Assembly: GCA_040954595.2 (NCBI GenBank) | Contig: CM082594.2 | Span: 1,506,247 to 1,570,246 of the forward strand | Length of the DNA stretch: 64,000 nt | Reading direction: 5' to 3' | Origin: Balanoglossus misakiensis | Taxonomy: Eukaryota; Animalia; Hemichordata | Shown here: piece after piece, positions 36,718 through 50,500 of the stretch | How positions within the stretch are numbered: position 1 is the first letter of the stretch | How the letters are laid out: each line of letters begins with the position of its first letter | Translations under genes and position numbers: made by a program | The notes under the pieces: model-generated | What the model saw: only the letters and a program-made list of their open reading frames with translations | Databases searched by the model: none | What the model was told of the DNA's origin: nothing

Positions 36718-38454
36718 ATTTTATGGTGGGCACTTGACAGTAATTGAGGGTTATTCTGAAAATCTTTATGCTGGAGCAGAGATTGTAAACCAGATTGAAG
36801 AGACTTCCAATGAAACAGCGAACCATGGTTGGATTGGTGAGTGTGTCTTTTAACAGTGTTTCTCAGTGTTCCCAAATAATTTGTGGGTGTATCAAGTGTA
36901 AAAAATAACTGGTTTTGGAATTTGACAGTTTACAAGTGAGCACTGCATAGTAACACTTGAATGATAATTGTCTCAAGATGGTAATTGAAAAGCCTATTTT
37001 TTACATCTCAATCACCTCACAAAATCTTGCCAAGTGACTCTGTATGCAGTTTTTCATCCAGACGGAGGGATGGGGGAATTCGCCCACTGTCAGCATATTG
37101 GCACCCCCTAGAAATTTGTCAAGGGGGAAATGGTGCCCGTTACAGACTCAGCGATGTCACTCATTCCCCTCCTTGCAAGAGTGCAACTATTCTTGCAAAG
37201 GGGGACATATCCCCCCATCCTGGATGAAACACTGCTGTATGCATCTTCTTTCTTTATTTCCATTTTATAGGATTTAGTGTACCCAATCCAGGTGGCAGTG
37301 TGGAATATGATTATTCAGATGGCAGGAAAGGTAGTGTCTTTGATGGTCGATGGGCAGACACAGAACCTGATGCCTCCACTGGGCAATGTGTGAGGTTAAA
37401 CCTCTTTGAAAATATTTACCCATGGTATCATGCAAGATGTGATGATGTCAGTCCGTCAATGTGTGAAGTAGCAGCTTGTGCTGAGGGTAAGTCTGATTCA
37501 AATCAACTAGAATCTGCCCTTACTAGCATCAGGTCTTTACTTTTCTCACACTGCTGTGGTCACTTCCCTACACTAAGAGAGAGAGAGAGAGAGAGAGAGC
37601 AAAAGTGAGGGAGGGAGAGGGTGGGAGGGGAGAGTGAGAGGGGAGGGGGATCGAGGGGAGTGGGAGATCGAGGGGAGGGTGGGAGAAAGGGAGGGAGGGG
37701 AGAGGGGAGGGAGGGGGGCGGTAAGAGAAAGGGAGAGGGAGGGAGGGGAGAGGGAGGGGAGAGAGAGGGGAGGGAGGATCGAGGGGAGAGGGAGGGAGAG
37801 GGGGAGGGAGAGAGCTAGAGAGGGAGGGGGGAGGGAGAGGGGGTGGGAGGGAGAGAGTGAGAGAGTCCCCTAAGCCATACAAGATATACATGTGATAGGA
37901 TATTAAACTTTAAACATCTAGACTTGGAAGAGCTCACCACTAAAAGTTAAACAAAGGGGATCAGATGAGATCATGTCTCCTGCGGTGCAGAATGGTGTTA
38001 TATTTGAAATTCAAAACGGAGGAGAGTTACTTCATTCTGGCCAGTAATTTTGTCGCTAAATAATTCCACTCATTAATTGAATTGTTATCTTTAAATTATA
38101 CTTTTAGACTATTTATGTGAAACAGGTTTTCATGCTTTTTTGTTAAAGCAGTTTTACTTTTGGCAGAGATACAATATTGATCGTGTGATATTGTTCATAA
38201 ACTTAAAAGCTTATGGGTTTGATACAAAAACTTTCATGTCCTTTCCTACATACAGAAAATTAATAAGATATATCAGTATTATGACAAAAGTTAAAAAAAT
38301 ATCCATCAATGTAAATGTTATCTTTATTTTTTAAATAATTTTTGTTCAGGTGACTTTCGATGCTCCAATGGTAATTGTATAAATCCTGACTGGGTTTGTG
38401 ATGGTACAGTTGACTGTGGTGATGGTGATTTCTCTGATGAGATTGGATGTGCAG
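36718..38454 (+). CDS. Host gene exons 36718-36836 and 37271-37486 (rest of C-type lectin) and 38350-38454 (LDLa)
   Basis: [11 protein letters not shown]...HGWIG; WADTEPD...CVRL...WYHARCDD...MCE; [33 protein letters not shown]. Confidence 0.9.
37576..37865. repeat. Polypurine (GA/GGGA) low-complexity tract
   Basis: About 290 bp of almost pure G/A on the + strand. Confidence 0.9.
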
Positions 38455-39236
38455 GTATGTTTTTGGCAAGTGGTCTGAAACAATCATATTCTCTACGCTC
38501 ACCTCAACATCATTGCAAAGTGGGCCCAGGTGATGAGACCAAGTTTCCTAAATGTGTGGTATAGTGTAGTTTTGGCTTGAAGTCATTATACAAAAGAATC
38601 TTGTAAATATGCATGACAACTGATATGTGCCAACCTCAAACTACCAGACCATAATTATTTGTACATCTCCTTTGCAACTACAGACTACTTTTGAACTGTC
38701 AGCAGAAATTCTGATCCTCAAAGAATTTCGTACTGTAAAACAGGAAATTTTCGCGAGCTATAAATATTTCACGAACTATGCGAGAGCCAAAAAACACGAA
38801 AATAAACAAGTTGTGTAAAAATGTTTTTCGAAGATAACAATGCAGTGAAAAATGAGAATTTGAAAATTAATCATCGCATAAAAGTTGTCACTTTTGATAT
38901 CACGAAAAATTTCCTGTTTTACAGTATTTCATAATTATAAATCAGAAACAAAACTGGGTCAAGTATTTTAAGAATCTGGCATCTTTCACACTGATAGTTT
39001 GAGCTTAGAGAATAATAATATGCTGTTCTTGGAATTTTCGGGTGTGATAAATGTTGTTTCAAAATTTTACATTTGATTTATACTAATATAAAATTTGTTT
39101 TATACATGTACATTGGATACTCACTGTTGGTGAAGTAATTTTATCATCAATGAAATTTCTTCAACTTGAAGAGCTGAAGCTTTATGACCATTCATCACAC
39201 AAATAAACCCTTTCTTTTTATTTTGATGATGTTCAG

Positions 39237-42200
39237 GAACATGTGGTGGTTTGGAAACTGGTGTCTCAGGGACCTTTCACAGCACTGGATACCCAGATGA
39301 TAATTATTACATTCTACAAGAATGTATTTGGACAATCCAGGGACCTGCAACATCCAGAATAAATTTTGAGGTACAGTAAAACTTGTCTAATCTGGAAACC
39401 TGCCTATACAGAACACCTTTTCCCATCCATTCGTCGTACAAACACAATTTTAAAGGAACCTCTATGAAATAAACTGGACACCTGTATTAAAAAGTTTCTT
39501 CCTTATAACAAACTATCTATAACTTCAGGCTAGTTTATCAGTATTTTTGTTTTGTGTATAAAACACATTTCCTGTCCTTATGAGTAACCCATCACACCCC
39601 TGCAGCTCTCTGCTTGTCAACAAGTCATGTGTATGTACTGACCATTGTTATTATTTACAAATGTTTTCAAACAACAACAATGCCGATTGTGCACTCATAT
39701 ATTTCAATGAGAAGATTTTTTTTTTTTTTTTTTTAATACTTTTTATTGGGAACACAAACAGTCATTTTGATACATAAGTAGATTTAAAAAAAAAAAAAAA
39801 AATGACAATTATTTTTTGGAAGCATAACTTAATGGAAAGAAGAGAAAAAAAACAAAACAATCTGGTATTCTCAGTTTGTTATATACCTCATAAGTGACGA
39901 CCATTTTTTAAGATGAAAATACATTTTATGATTTGCAGTTGCAATCTTAAGTTCAATTTCATGTATGTTTTTGAGCTGAACAATAAACCCAGTGATATTC
40001 GGAATTCGATTATTTAATTTACAGTAGTAAATGTACATTCTAACTTGCATTGCTATAAAATTGACTATAAAAGTCTCGTTTGGGTCACCCAAAACCATAC
40101 ATAACACTGATGGTGGTTTTTTCAATTTAAGAGGGATACCCAACGTAAACAGTAGGTCCCTCCAGAGAGCAGTAGTACAATTGCAACTATGAAATAAATG
40201 GTCGATGGACTCTGTTTCCACTTTACATAAATCACAAAGAGCAGTTGGAAATTTCTGTGGATTGTACCTGTTTAGCTGTTTGTTTGTATACAAAATATTG
40301 TGAAGTAATTTAAATTGAAAAGCTCTAGCCTTACAATGTATTGATAACTTGTAAGTGAAGTCATACATTTTTTCCCAGTTTAGATTAAATATATTCAACA
40401 TTTTTTCCAGTGTTGCTTGACTTTTTGGAGTCTCTATAATACGGTCGTTCAAATTACATTTCAAACTCTTTTTCGTTAAAGTGTCTAAATTACAGATTGT
40501 GCCATTCAATGAAATACAAAGCTTATGTACACTAATCTTCTCATATTTCAATGAGAAGATTAAGACTATGGATTTAACTCTGCCCTGGGGAGCTGAACAA
40601 GAAACTATGGTTGATACACAGAATAGAAATACTGAAAAATGCAAGAAGTTACAGCTAATGGGGCTTAAGTCATGAATCTGTGTTTATTTTCATGTATATT
40701 GGCTTGAGACAGCTCACTATGTATGATGTGTGTTGTAACATTTTGTTTTTATTCTTTTCAGTTTCCGTATTTTGACAGTGAACTTTATCATGATACTGTT
40801 GTCATTGTCGATGGGTCTGTGTTTGACCAATCCAAAGTTCTTGCAACATATAGTGGACCGGACCAGCCTGATGAAGTTATTAGCAGTGGTAATGCAATGT
40901 TGGTGAAATTTCTCTCAGATAGTTATCATACTGCTACTGGCTTTGAAGCATCTTGGCAAGCAGGTAATACTAAGTTTTGTACATGTACATACTTTAAAAC
41001 GAGAAATTAATGCTCTGTGTTTACCTTAGGCAAATACTGTCTCTGAAACGTTTCAAATTTTACCCTGTGTGAACCAGGTATAACATTATAGATTGCACGT
41101 GTAGGCAATATTGGCCCTACCTTGACTGTGATCTTGCTGATGTTCTGTTTGTGAGGTGTGTATGTTAAGATGACTTTTTCTTTCTTCCAGTATATTCTTT
41201 GTGTGGTGGGAATTTCATAGCACAGTCATATAAACAGAATCTCAGCAGTACAGAATATTTTGAAGGCAAGAATTATCTCAACAATGAAGATTGTAACTGG
41301 CAGCTAGCATCATTCACAACATAATTTGTTGTCACCTTACAGGTAAATAGGAGACTACATGTAGATGAACTCATTTTTTTTTCTCTTTTTAACAATTCAT
41401 TTCATGTTATTAGTGGATTCAGATGCAATTAATCGTGTGAGTTGTTTGACAGCATGACAAAAATTAGTAATTGTATTTTTAAAAATACATTTTATTTTTG
41501 TCATTTCTGGTCAATTCTCAGTAGCCACTTTTCTGATTTCTTAAAATTTGGTTTACAAGGACCTACAAGTATTTTTATTATGGTGTACATAAACATGTGT
41601 CAAATATCAATACTGGGGAGGAGGGGGGTGGGTAGTTTTAGACATTTTTGGTCCAAAAGTCCACTTATGTCAGAAACTGCTCTTCCAGTTGTTTTGGATG
41701 TTGGTTTATTGGGATGTGAAAATATTCTTCATCAGATTTATTCTTATATTACCTCATCAATGCTAAAGGTACCCTTATAGGGACAAAGTCTCTCTCTCTC
41801 GCTGCCCTTTTCCCGTTTATTATGATTGATACAAGACACTGTTTATGTTGTTCTACATGAGGATATATAGTGAATCAACATTCGACCATTTTTAGGATAT
41901 GAGAGTAAAAATCTCGCCCAAAATGAAGCGGGATGGAATGTTGATTCACTATATATCCACATGTAGAATAACATAAACGATAATCAAACGATAATTAATG
42001 GAAAAGGGGCAGCGAGAGAGAGACTTTGCCCCTTAATGGTTTTGCGTAGGAAATTGTGATCACTATGATTGTACGGTATGTCACATTTAAATGTACATAT
42101 CAAATGGGAGCACAGTGTCTTTGATGCTATTTTTTATATCTTTTCAGTTTATCTCCTTTGCAACAGAAGATGGGGCTGATCAAGTGTCTGTATACGATGG

Positions 42201-45200
42201 CGCTGAACTGAATCCCGTCCTCCGACTTGCTTTATTTTCTGGGATGGAGTTACCCAATGTCATCATATCTTCCAAAAGTGTGATGAGAGTTGACTTTAAG
42301 AGTGATGATGCAGTTACAATGAGAGGTTTTCATGCACATTACTGGGCAGGTAGGTAACGCATTCAAATTGATCAAGATGTTGTTTGAATGAAGAGGCAAT
42401 CAAGGATTCATGATACAAGAGAACAATGTTTTATAGGGACAAAGTCTCTCTCTCTCTACCCTTTTTCCAGGAATTATGATGATACAATACAGCATTTATG
42501 TTATTCTACATGTGGATATATAGTGAATGAACATTCAACCACACACAACTTCCATCCCACTTGTAGACATAAGAGTGAAAAAACTCGCCAAAATGAAAAA
42601 TCGGTCTCTACCGTTTATTCATTTTGGCAAGATTTTTACTCTCATATCCTACAAACGGGATGGAAGTTGTGCGTGGTTGAATGTTCATTCACTATATATC
42701 CACATGTAGAATAACATAAACAGTGTCTTGTATCAAACATAGTTAATGGAAAAAGGGCAGCGAGAGAGAGAAACTTTGTCCCTTTAAATCACTTAAAATC
42801 CTTCCCAAAGAATTTCAACCCAGTGGGAATTGTAAGGATCACAAATATATCTTCCTTTGCCATTCTTTCTGAAGGTTTATAAGCTAATCTGATACTGGGT
42901 CATTATGGAACTTTTTAAAGGGACAAAGTCTCTCTCTCGCTGCATTTTTTTCCATTAATTATATTTGATACAAGACACTGTTTGTTATTCTACATGTGGA
43001 TATATAGTGAATGAACGTTCAACCACACACAACTTCCATCCCTCTTATAGACAGGAGAGTGAAAAAACTCGCCAAAATGAATAATCGTTCTTTACCATTT
43101 ATTCATTTTGGGCGAGTTTTTACTCTCATATCATACAAGTGGGATGGAAGTTTTGTGTGGTTGATCATTGATTAACTATATATCCACATTTACATTAAAG
43201 CCTCAGTATTTCTCGTAGGGGCAAAATTTTGTTTGAAACGGCATCTATAATTTCTAAAAGTAGATGATAATTGATACTGAATCGAACAGTCATCATCCCC
43301 AGCTCTGCTAATAAACTCATACAATTTACAATATAACGAGTGAAGAATGACTTTCTGTCCGGACAGAAAGTCAGGCTCTGTTGACACACGTGACTACTGC
43401 GCATGCGCACTCAAATGTGAATCTATGCGGAAGAGGTTTGGTCGCCCCAAATCAAGCGACTCAGCGAAGAAATGCGCACTAATTCGGCGAAATTTTGGGA
43501 AGATAACTTTATGGGAGAAATCAGTCGATGGAACCAGATCAAATCCGAAAATGGTCTGACCATCAAATGTCAAAGTGGCACGTTTGCTGATCGACATGTA
43601 CAACATTTCCGTTGTAAACAAACCCGCGCATCATTTCAAGTGTTACGGGCAATATTTACAGCTTGCACGTAGCCCAAACCTTTCTTCTATCTTCATTATG
43701 TAGTATTCCATGATGAATGTACGGGAAAAACGGGCATTTTTCGATGATGAAAAATGGATACACACGAGAAATACTGGGGCTTTAACATAACCAGTGTCTT
43801 GTATCAAACATAATTAATGGAAAAGGGGCAGCTGGAGAGAGACCCTTCAACAGAAAAAATAACAAAATGTGAAAAAAGTTAAATGAGTTTAATTTGCTAA
43901 CTACATGTATAACGACAGAAATGTTTGACCTAAGGAAGTCATAAAATACAGTTAACAGTCATTTCTTCTATCGCTTACGACTTTTTATCCAGAAGGCAAT
44001 TATTATGTGATTTGATCCCCTAGCACGAAATAAAAGGCAGCCAGGATTACACCAAACCTGTGGATTGAATTAATTATTTCTTGTTTGGTATTTTTTCTTC
44101 AAAGGTTGCCAGGGAATTGAAATTCTGCGTAGTTTTGGTACGATTCAGTCACCAGGCTATGATGTTAGCACTTACCCTGATGATGTTATGTGTAGCTGGG
44201 TAATCAAGGAACCAACTGGAAGACCATTAACTCTTATCTTTGATGACAACTTTGGATTAGAGAGGAACACAGATGTTGATTACATCATTGTAAGTATCAG
44301 ATATGATCAGGAGTCAGCCATGTTAAAGGGACAAAGTCTCTCTCCCGCTGCCCTTTTTCCATTAATTATGTTGATACAAGACACCGTTTGTGTTATTCTA
44401 CATGTGGATATGTAGTGAATGAACGTTCAACCACATACAACTTCCATCCCACTTGTAGACACAAGAGTGAAAAACTCGCCAAAATGAATAATCGGTTATT
44501 ACTGTTTATTCATTTTGGGCGAGTTTTTACTCTCATACCCTACAAATGGGATGGAAGTTGTTTGTGGTCGAAGGTTGATTACAAATGTATCTATATATCC
44601 ACAGGTAGAATAACATAAACAGTGTCTTGTATCAAACATAATTAATGGAAAAAGGGCAGAGAGAGAGAGACTTTGTCCCTTTAATGCTGACAAAATTTTG
44701 TCATATTATTTTGCAGTGATTTTAGTTTGACAATTTTGGCAGACATTACTTCAAACTATACAACTTTGGAACACAATTTTGAAATTCAATTAAACACATA
44801 TATACTGTAAAACGGTAAACTTTTGCAACATGAAATTTTCGCGTTCTTGTATTTCACTGCATCATTATCCCTGAAAAACATTTTTATGCTACTTTTTATT
44901 TTATACGTTTTGATGGCTCTCGCATAGTTCACGAAAATTTATCATTTGCGAAAATTTCCCGTTTTACAGTATTTGAGTAGCTGTTACAGCAGGAAATGCA
45001 ACAAGGATTGAATACTGTAAAACGGGACATTTTCGTGAATGATAATTTTTCGCAAACTACGTGAGAGCCAAAAAACATGAAAATAAAGAGTCGTATAAAA
45101 TGTTTTTTTCGGAGATAACTATGCAGTAAAATATGACAATGTGAAAATTAATTGTTGTGTAACAGTAGCCACCTTTGATATCGCGAAAATTTCCTGTTGT

Positions 45201-45443
45201 GAAGATTTCCCGTTTTACGGTATTTACAATGCATGCTTAATTTGTCTTTGTTTCTGAAGGTATACAATGGTACTGAGAGTGATGATGATGTCATTATTGG
45301 TCCATGGAGTGGCAATTCTGATGAAGTCATTGATGGCACATTGCCACCACCCGATTGCCGTACAGACATTGGACACTTTTCGGTTGTGTTCAGGAGTAGT
45401 AGAACACGACCAGCTAAAGGATTCAGGGCGTCATTTTCACCAG
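39237..45443 (+). CDS. Host gene: three CUB domains, two exons each (39237-39370+40762-40963; 41191-41342+42148-42349; 44105-44289+45260-45443)
   Basis: CGG...GTFHSTGYP...CIWTI; VKFLSDSYHTATGFEASW; VDFKSDDAVTMRGFHAHY; GTIQSPGY...CSWVI; VVFRSS...KGFRASF. CUB2 contains a TAA at 41322. Confidence 0.9.
39718..40542 (-). mobile_element. 5'-truncated L1/Tx1-type non-LTR retrotransposon (ORF2 C-terminal zf-RVT region, 3' UTR, poly-A)
   Basis: FQFKLLHNILYTN...CDLCKVETESIDHLFHSC...KKW; poly-T on the + strand at about 39716-39734; 19-bp TSD ATATTTCAATGAGAAGATT (39699-717, 40543-561). Confidence 0.9.
43199..43781. mobile_element. Kolobok-like MITE nested in another Kolobok-like MITE
   Basis: TIR AGCCTCAGTATTTCTCGT / ACGAGAAATACTGGGGCT; TTAA TSD (43195-98, 43782-85). 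Confidence 0.82.
44327..44680. mobile_element. Kolobok-like palindromic MITE (best copy of a family with about 9 copies here)
   Basis: TTAA|AGGGACAAAGTCTCTCT...AGAGAGACTTTGTCCCT|TTAA. Other copies at about 4078-4396, 5221-5511, 41779-42032, 42435-42783, 42919-43846, 48342-48670, 51560-51679 and 62576-62884. Confidence 0.85.
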
Positions 45444-47529
45444 GTATACATAACTTACTAACATTTCAGAAAAGGATGTTACAGAATTCTTAGAAACACG
45501 CACTCCCTTTATTCCTTATGATTTAGAGTCATTAAGTGAAAGGTGGAAAGATTTTTGAATATGCTTCGTTCATTCTAAGAATGATCTAATTTCAGGGACT
45601 TGTGGATGAATTGTAATGTTTATAATCTTTACGGCCCTGATACGGGTTTTGTGGCCCGAGGTCGTACGGCGGAAGCGCCTGACCGCAGGGAGGGCGGGAA
45701 TCGTCGTACGACCGATGGCCGCAAAACCCGTATCAGGGCCGTAAAGGTTTTATCATATGCCTTATTGAACGATAATCTACAAGAAACTAATAAAATACAC
45801 ATTCTGTAATATTTTGGAATGTAAATATTATGTGTTTATCTATCGTTTTGGAATGATCTATCCCGTAGCATAGAGGCGCATTCCTCCAGTTCTTGCGGAT
45901 TGATATGCACGATGTCATTTGTTTATATTCTATTGCACGTGAGATATAGACGCGCTCGAACTCACAGAGCCGAGCGCGAGCAAAACATTTTTTCTTTGCG
46001 ACGATCGACGCCGACAGTCACACATTAATCAAATCAAATCATCAATTTGACTATTCATATTTCCAAATAAAGCTCTACAACATGCAGCGATTACGGAAGA
46101 TGATGGGATTCGGTAGCGGCATAGGACATACACACACTGCAAGTGCACTAGTCACTGACACCGCACCAGAAAAATTTAATTCCGAACGTAGCAATGACAA
46201 CTTTCGAATCTCGCGCAATAAACACAAAACTAGATCCGGATATTGAACGCGTCTTCCAAATATGGTCACCGGGCCGGGGCGTGATAAGCAAAAAACTGCA
46301 CGGATGTGAGGGCGCTTTTCCCCATAGACTTTACGTGGGCACGTGAATATAGGCATATGATAATCAGTGTTTCCGCTACCCGCTCGCCAAATCGCAAATG
46401 CGAGTAAAAAATTGTGTTTGGCAAGACGATTTTCATACAAATTAGCCAAACTTGCGAAGCACTGCTATCTAACATCGTCGTTTCTTGTGCCATGATCAGC
46501 GCGAGTTCACTGCACTACAACGCGTGAAAGTGGACCGTTGTTCTGTTCATTGATCATCACCCCCTGTATATCATGAACATCGTAAGGCAATGCATTGAAT
46601 TCAGCTCTTCCAGCTAGTGGTCGCACTCGCTTGATTTCCTGTGTCTCTGGGGACGCAAAGAATGCATGTGCGTCTTTTCCCAATTTGCATATTTTGAATG
46701 GGTTATGCTTACAAATTGATACATTTTAGGTCTGCCTTGACTGGAACGCGTCAAGTGTACAGGTTGTTATGGAAGTTTCTCTGTTTAGAAACGCTAGTGT
46801 AGTGGCTTGCCCGTCAAAAGCTGGCCGTGCATAGTGGAGTACGTAATTTTTTGGCTGCCCAAACGTGCAAGTTAGGTTGACAATTTACATGCCCTGCATC
46901 AATATTTTTTTTAAAGTTTTTTTTTTTATATTGTTTTATTGAAAATCAACCAGCAACAGTATCCACAATATCTCTTGTCTCAATTATGAGCGTATATATC
47001 AAGTTCATCTCTCAATATAAAGAGAAGGAAAAAAATAAATACACTTCAATATTCACTATCAAACTCAGACATTCTCTATTTGCCTGTTGGGTCAATTTTC
47101 AAAAAAACAAAACAAACAAAAACATGAAGACGAACAAGGACCAACAGCAGGCAAACACCCTAAGTCTCCTTACAAAATACTTGTGAACTTGTCATCAAGA
47201 ACCACCAACATAAGTTAAACATACAGTGCATCAATATTTAGTTGCCCAAGGCAATCAGTCAAAGCTTAATTTGAAGCCCTGATTCTGTTAATTTTGTGAC
47301 ACCCCCCCCCCCTCCGAATCAGCTGTTGCGGCAGCATTGGTTTGGCTAATGCAAAGTCAAGTTTGGCTAGTAAATTTTCATGTCTTTTAGCCAAATTGCT
47401 AGAAGATTTTGAAACCCAGAGGAAACACTGGATAATAAACATACAAATGCGGCACGACGACCCCTCACATTTATGAGTCAAAGTATTTGTCTGCATGCAT
47501 TCTTATCATTGTGATCCTTGTTCTGACAG

Positions 47530-50500
47530 ACTGTCCCGAAATTGTGATTGGTGAGGGCGTGGTGACCAGTAAAGATGATAGAAGCTATGATGTCACTGTC
47601 TCATTCCAATGCTTGGATGGTTATCAGAAAGTGTCTGGTACTGTCTCTTCTCTCACTTGTCTCTTTGGTGGAAACTGGAATGAAGAGGATCCTCTCAAGT
47701 TACCAGCATGTCAAAGTAAGGCAATAGTGCACTATTCTTCGATATCAAATAACGTCTGACGCAGTTCCGTTGGCATTCAAATTTCCAGATGACGGGCAAC
47801 ATCAACAACTTGGTGCAGACAAAGACAGTGCAGATGAAACGCCACGAGGCTTATGAGGCACCATACCTGATACATGTTACGTGTCTGGTAGTTCTAAAGT
47901 AAAAACATACTCGGAAAAACTTTTACTGGATGCCGAAATATTGTTTGCCCGTCATCTGTAAATGACAACACCGTGGGTCACATGGCCAGATCACGTGATT
48001 GATAGTAAAGAATTGGTAGGACCGAATCCAGTAGAAGGGGTCCAGCTAATTTCTACATAATTTGGTAGCTTTGAGGTCACTCTTTCAGAAGAAAAAAAAA
48101 ACATTTTTAGAAACCCATTGCCTGTTGATTTCCAGTGCGTAAACAAGCCTACATTTCCTGTTCCACAGTTCAGTCAAGTTTAGGAGAAAACTAAAGTCGT
48201 CTCAATGTGAACTGTAACTCATGTAGGAATTAATGACTTCTCGTACAGGTGTCATGTTGTGTGTAGCTATAAAATTTCTGTGATGGGAATTATTAATGTG
48301 AAGATATGATTCAATCTAACTTATATTTTATGAACATTTAAAGCGACAAAGTCTCACTCACTGCCCTTTTCCATGAATTATGTTTGATACAAGACACCGT
48401 TTATGTTATTCTACATGTGGGTATACATTTATAGTGAATCAACGTTCGACCACACACAACTTCCATACTGTTGAGTAATGAGAGTAAAAATCTCGCCAAA
48501 ATGAGTAAATGGTAGAGACCGATTATTCATTTTGGCGAGTTTTTCACTCTTGTGTCTATAAATGGGATGGAATTTGTGTGTGGTTGAATGTTGTTTCACT
48601 ATACCATGGTGTCTTGTATCAAAGATGATTAATGAAAAAGGGGCAGCGAGATAGACTTAATTTGTCCCTTGAATCTATTGTTAGTAACAACTTGAATGAC
48701 ACTAATTTGTTGTTTATTTTTTAGGAATAACATGTGGTGGACCCGCTGAGTGCAGCAGTGGAATTCTTACCAATGTTACCAGTACAGTGTATGGTGGAAT
48801 TGCTTATTATCAATGCATTGAGGGCCATCAGTTTATAAATAATGTGACTTCATTGGAATGCCAAGCAGATGGTGTCTGGGGTCCGCTTGTGCCCCAATGC
48901 GAGCGTAAGTTGATATTTTTGAAAACAATTAAACTGTCATTGTAGTGCACACGTAGGAGACGGATTTTACAGGGTATATTGGCCTACTGTTTGGAGTAGA
49001 ACAAAACATTGCATTTGGTACAGAGAACAAAAAATACTCTAAAACAGGTTATTTTCGCAACAGGAAATTTTCGCAATATCGAAAGAGGCAACTGTTATGC
49101 GAGGATTAATTTTCGCGTTTTCATATATCACTAACTGCATTGTTATCTCTGAAAAACATTTTACGCGACTTTTTATTTTCATGTTCTTTGGCTCTCGCGT
49201 ATTTCGCTGAAATGTTTTGCTCGCGAAAAATAGCCCATTTTGCAGTACTTAAAATAAAGCCAATTACAAGTTACTGTAGCTACATGTAATGTCCCTTTAA
49301 ACTTTTTTCCTAGTAGTAACACGCTTGTGATGTTATCTGTTCATCTTACCCAAACAGCTCGTGAGTGTCCACCACCGAATGTAGACAACTACTTATCTTA
49401 TGAAATTGTTAATGGTGATTCATTGGTTTTTGGAACAACCATTGCCTACTCGTGTCCATCTGGCTACAGTCTGACTGGCTACACTGTCTCTACATGTGGT
49501 GAAGATGGATCTTGGATTGGAGATCCAGGATACTGTCAACGTAAGTCATTTAAGGACATGTACGTTCACTAAAATTGAAAGTATGGTCATTTCTTTTAAT
49601 TGTTGATTTTTGGATTCGCCTTTGTATGTATAATGAAAATCAGTAATAAAATATACGGGTCACCGTGCTTGTTTTTGAAATACAGAGCCATGAATTCAGT
49701 CGATAATAGGAGTCTATGGTATCTGGACTTTTATAGTGGGAACTTGGGGTGAAAAGGTTAAAGTTGTTTCACAATACAGGTACCTGATACATACCGGTAT
49801 ACCACAACCAAGTCTGAATCCACATAATCCATAAAGATGTTTTATTTTTTTTTCCTTGCAGGATGAAACTGCAGTGACATACTCATAACAGACCAACATT
49901 TACAAGCTGTCCCAGATAGTGGACCATATTATATGGGCAGCAACATCACATTCTATTGCGATGCTGGCTATGAATTAAATGGTGCTGATTACCTGACTTG
50001 TCAATCAGATTTACAGTGGAATGATGCAATACCATCATGCATTGGTAAGTTCACATCATGATTCGTCTTCATGTGGTTGTCTGCTTATTAGGCCAAAAAA
50101 GGAAATGTTTCTGGTCAGACCCTTCTTTAAAAACTGGTGGGGGGACGCAAATTTAAAAATAAAAATTTCCCTCAAGGGAGGAAGGCCGTCAGTTTTATAG
50201 TTTTTATCAATATAGTCACATGTACACTGTTCATGCAGTCATTGATTACACGCCCCAAAGTGTCCTGTGATTTATATCTAGTTGAAGCAGTTTGAGTTTG
50301 CCGTGGCCGCCACCACAAACCAGGAAAAAAATGGGGGTGACGCGCTGTTATTCAAGTGACCCGCGCGCTGACCAGAAACATTTCATTTTTTGGCCTGAGT
50401 TATTGCAATCACTCCAGTAATTCGACTGCTCCATTAGTTTGACCACCCACTAATCTTTGGATAATTAATTATTCTAAAACCTCCAATTGTTCGACCAGTG

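Noticed and set aside
37568-37891. Pro-rich and Gly/Glu/Arg-rich ORFs
   Set aside because: Translations of an intronic polypurine tract.
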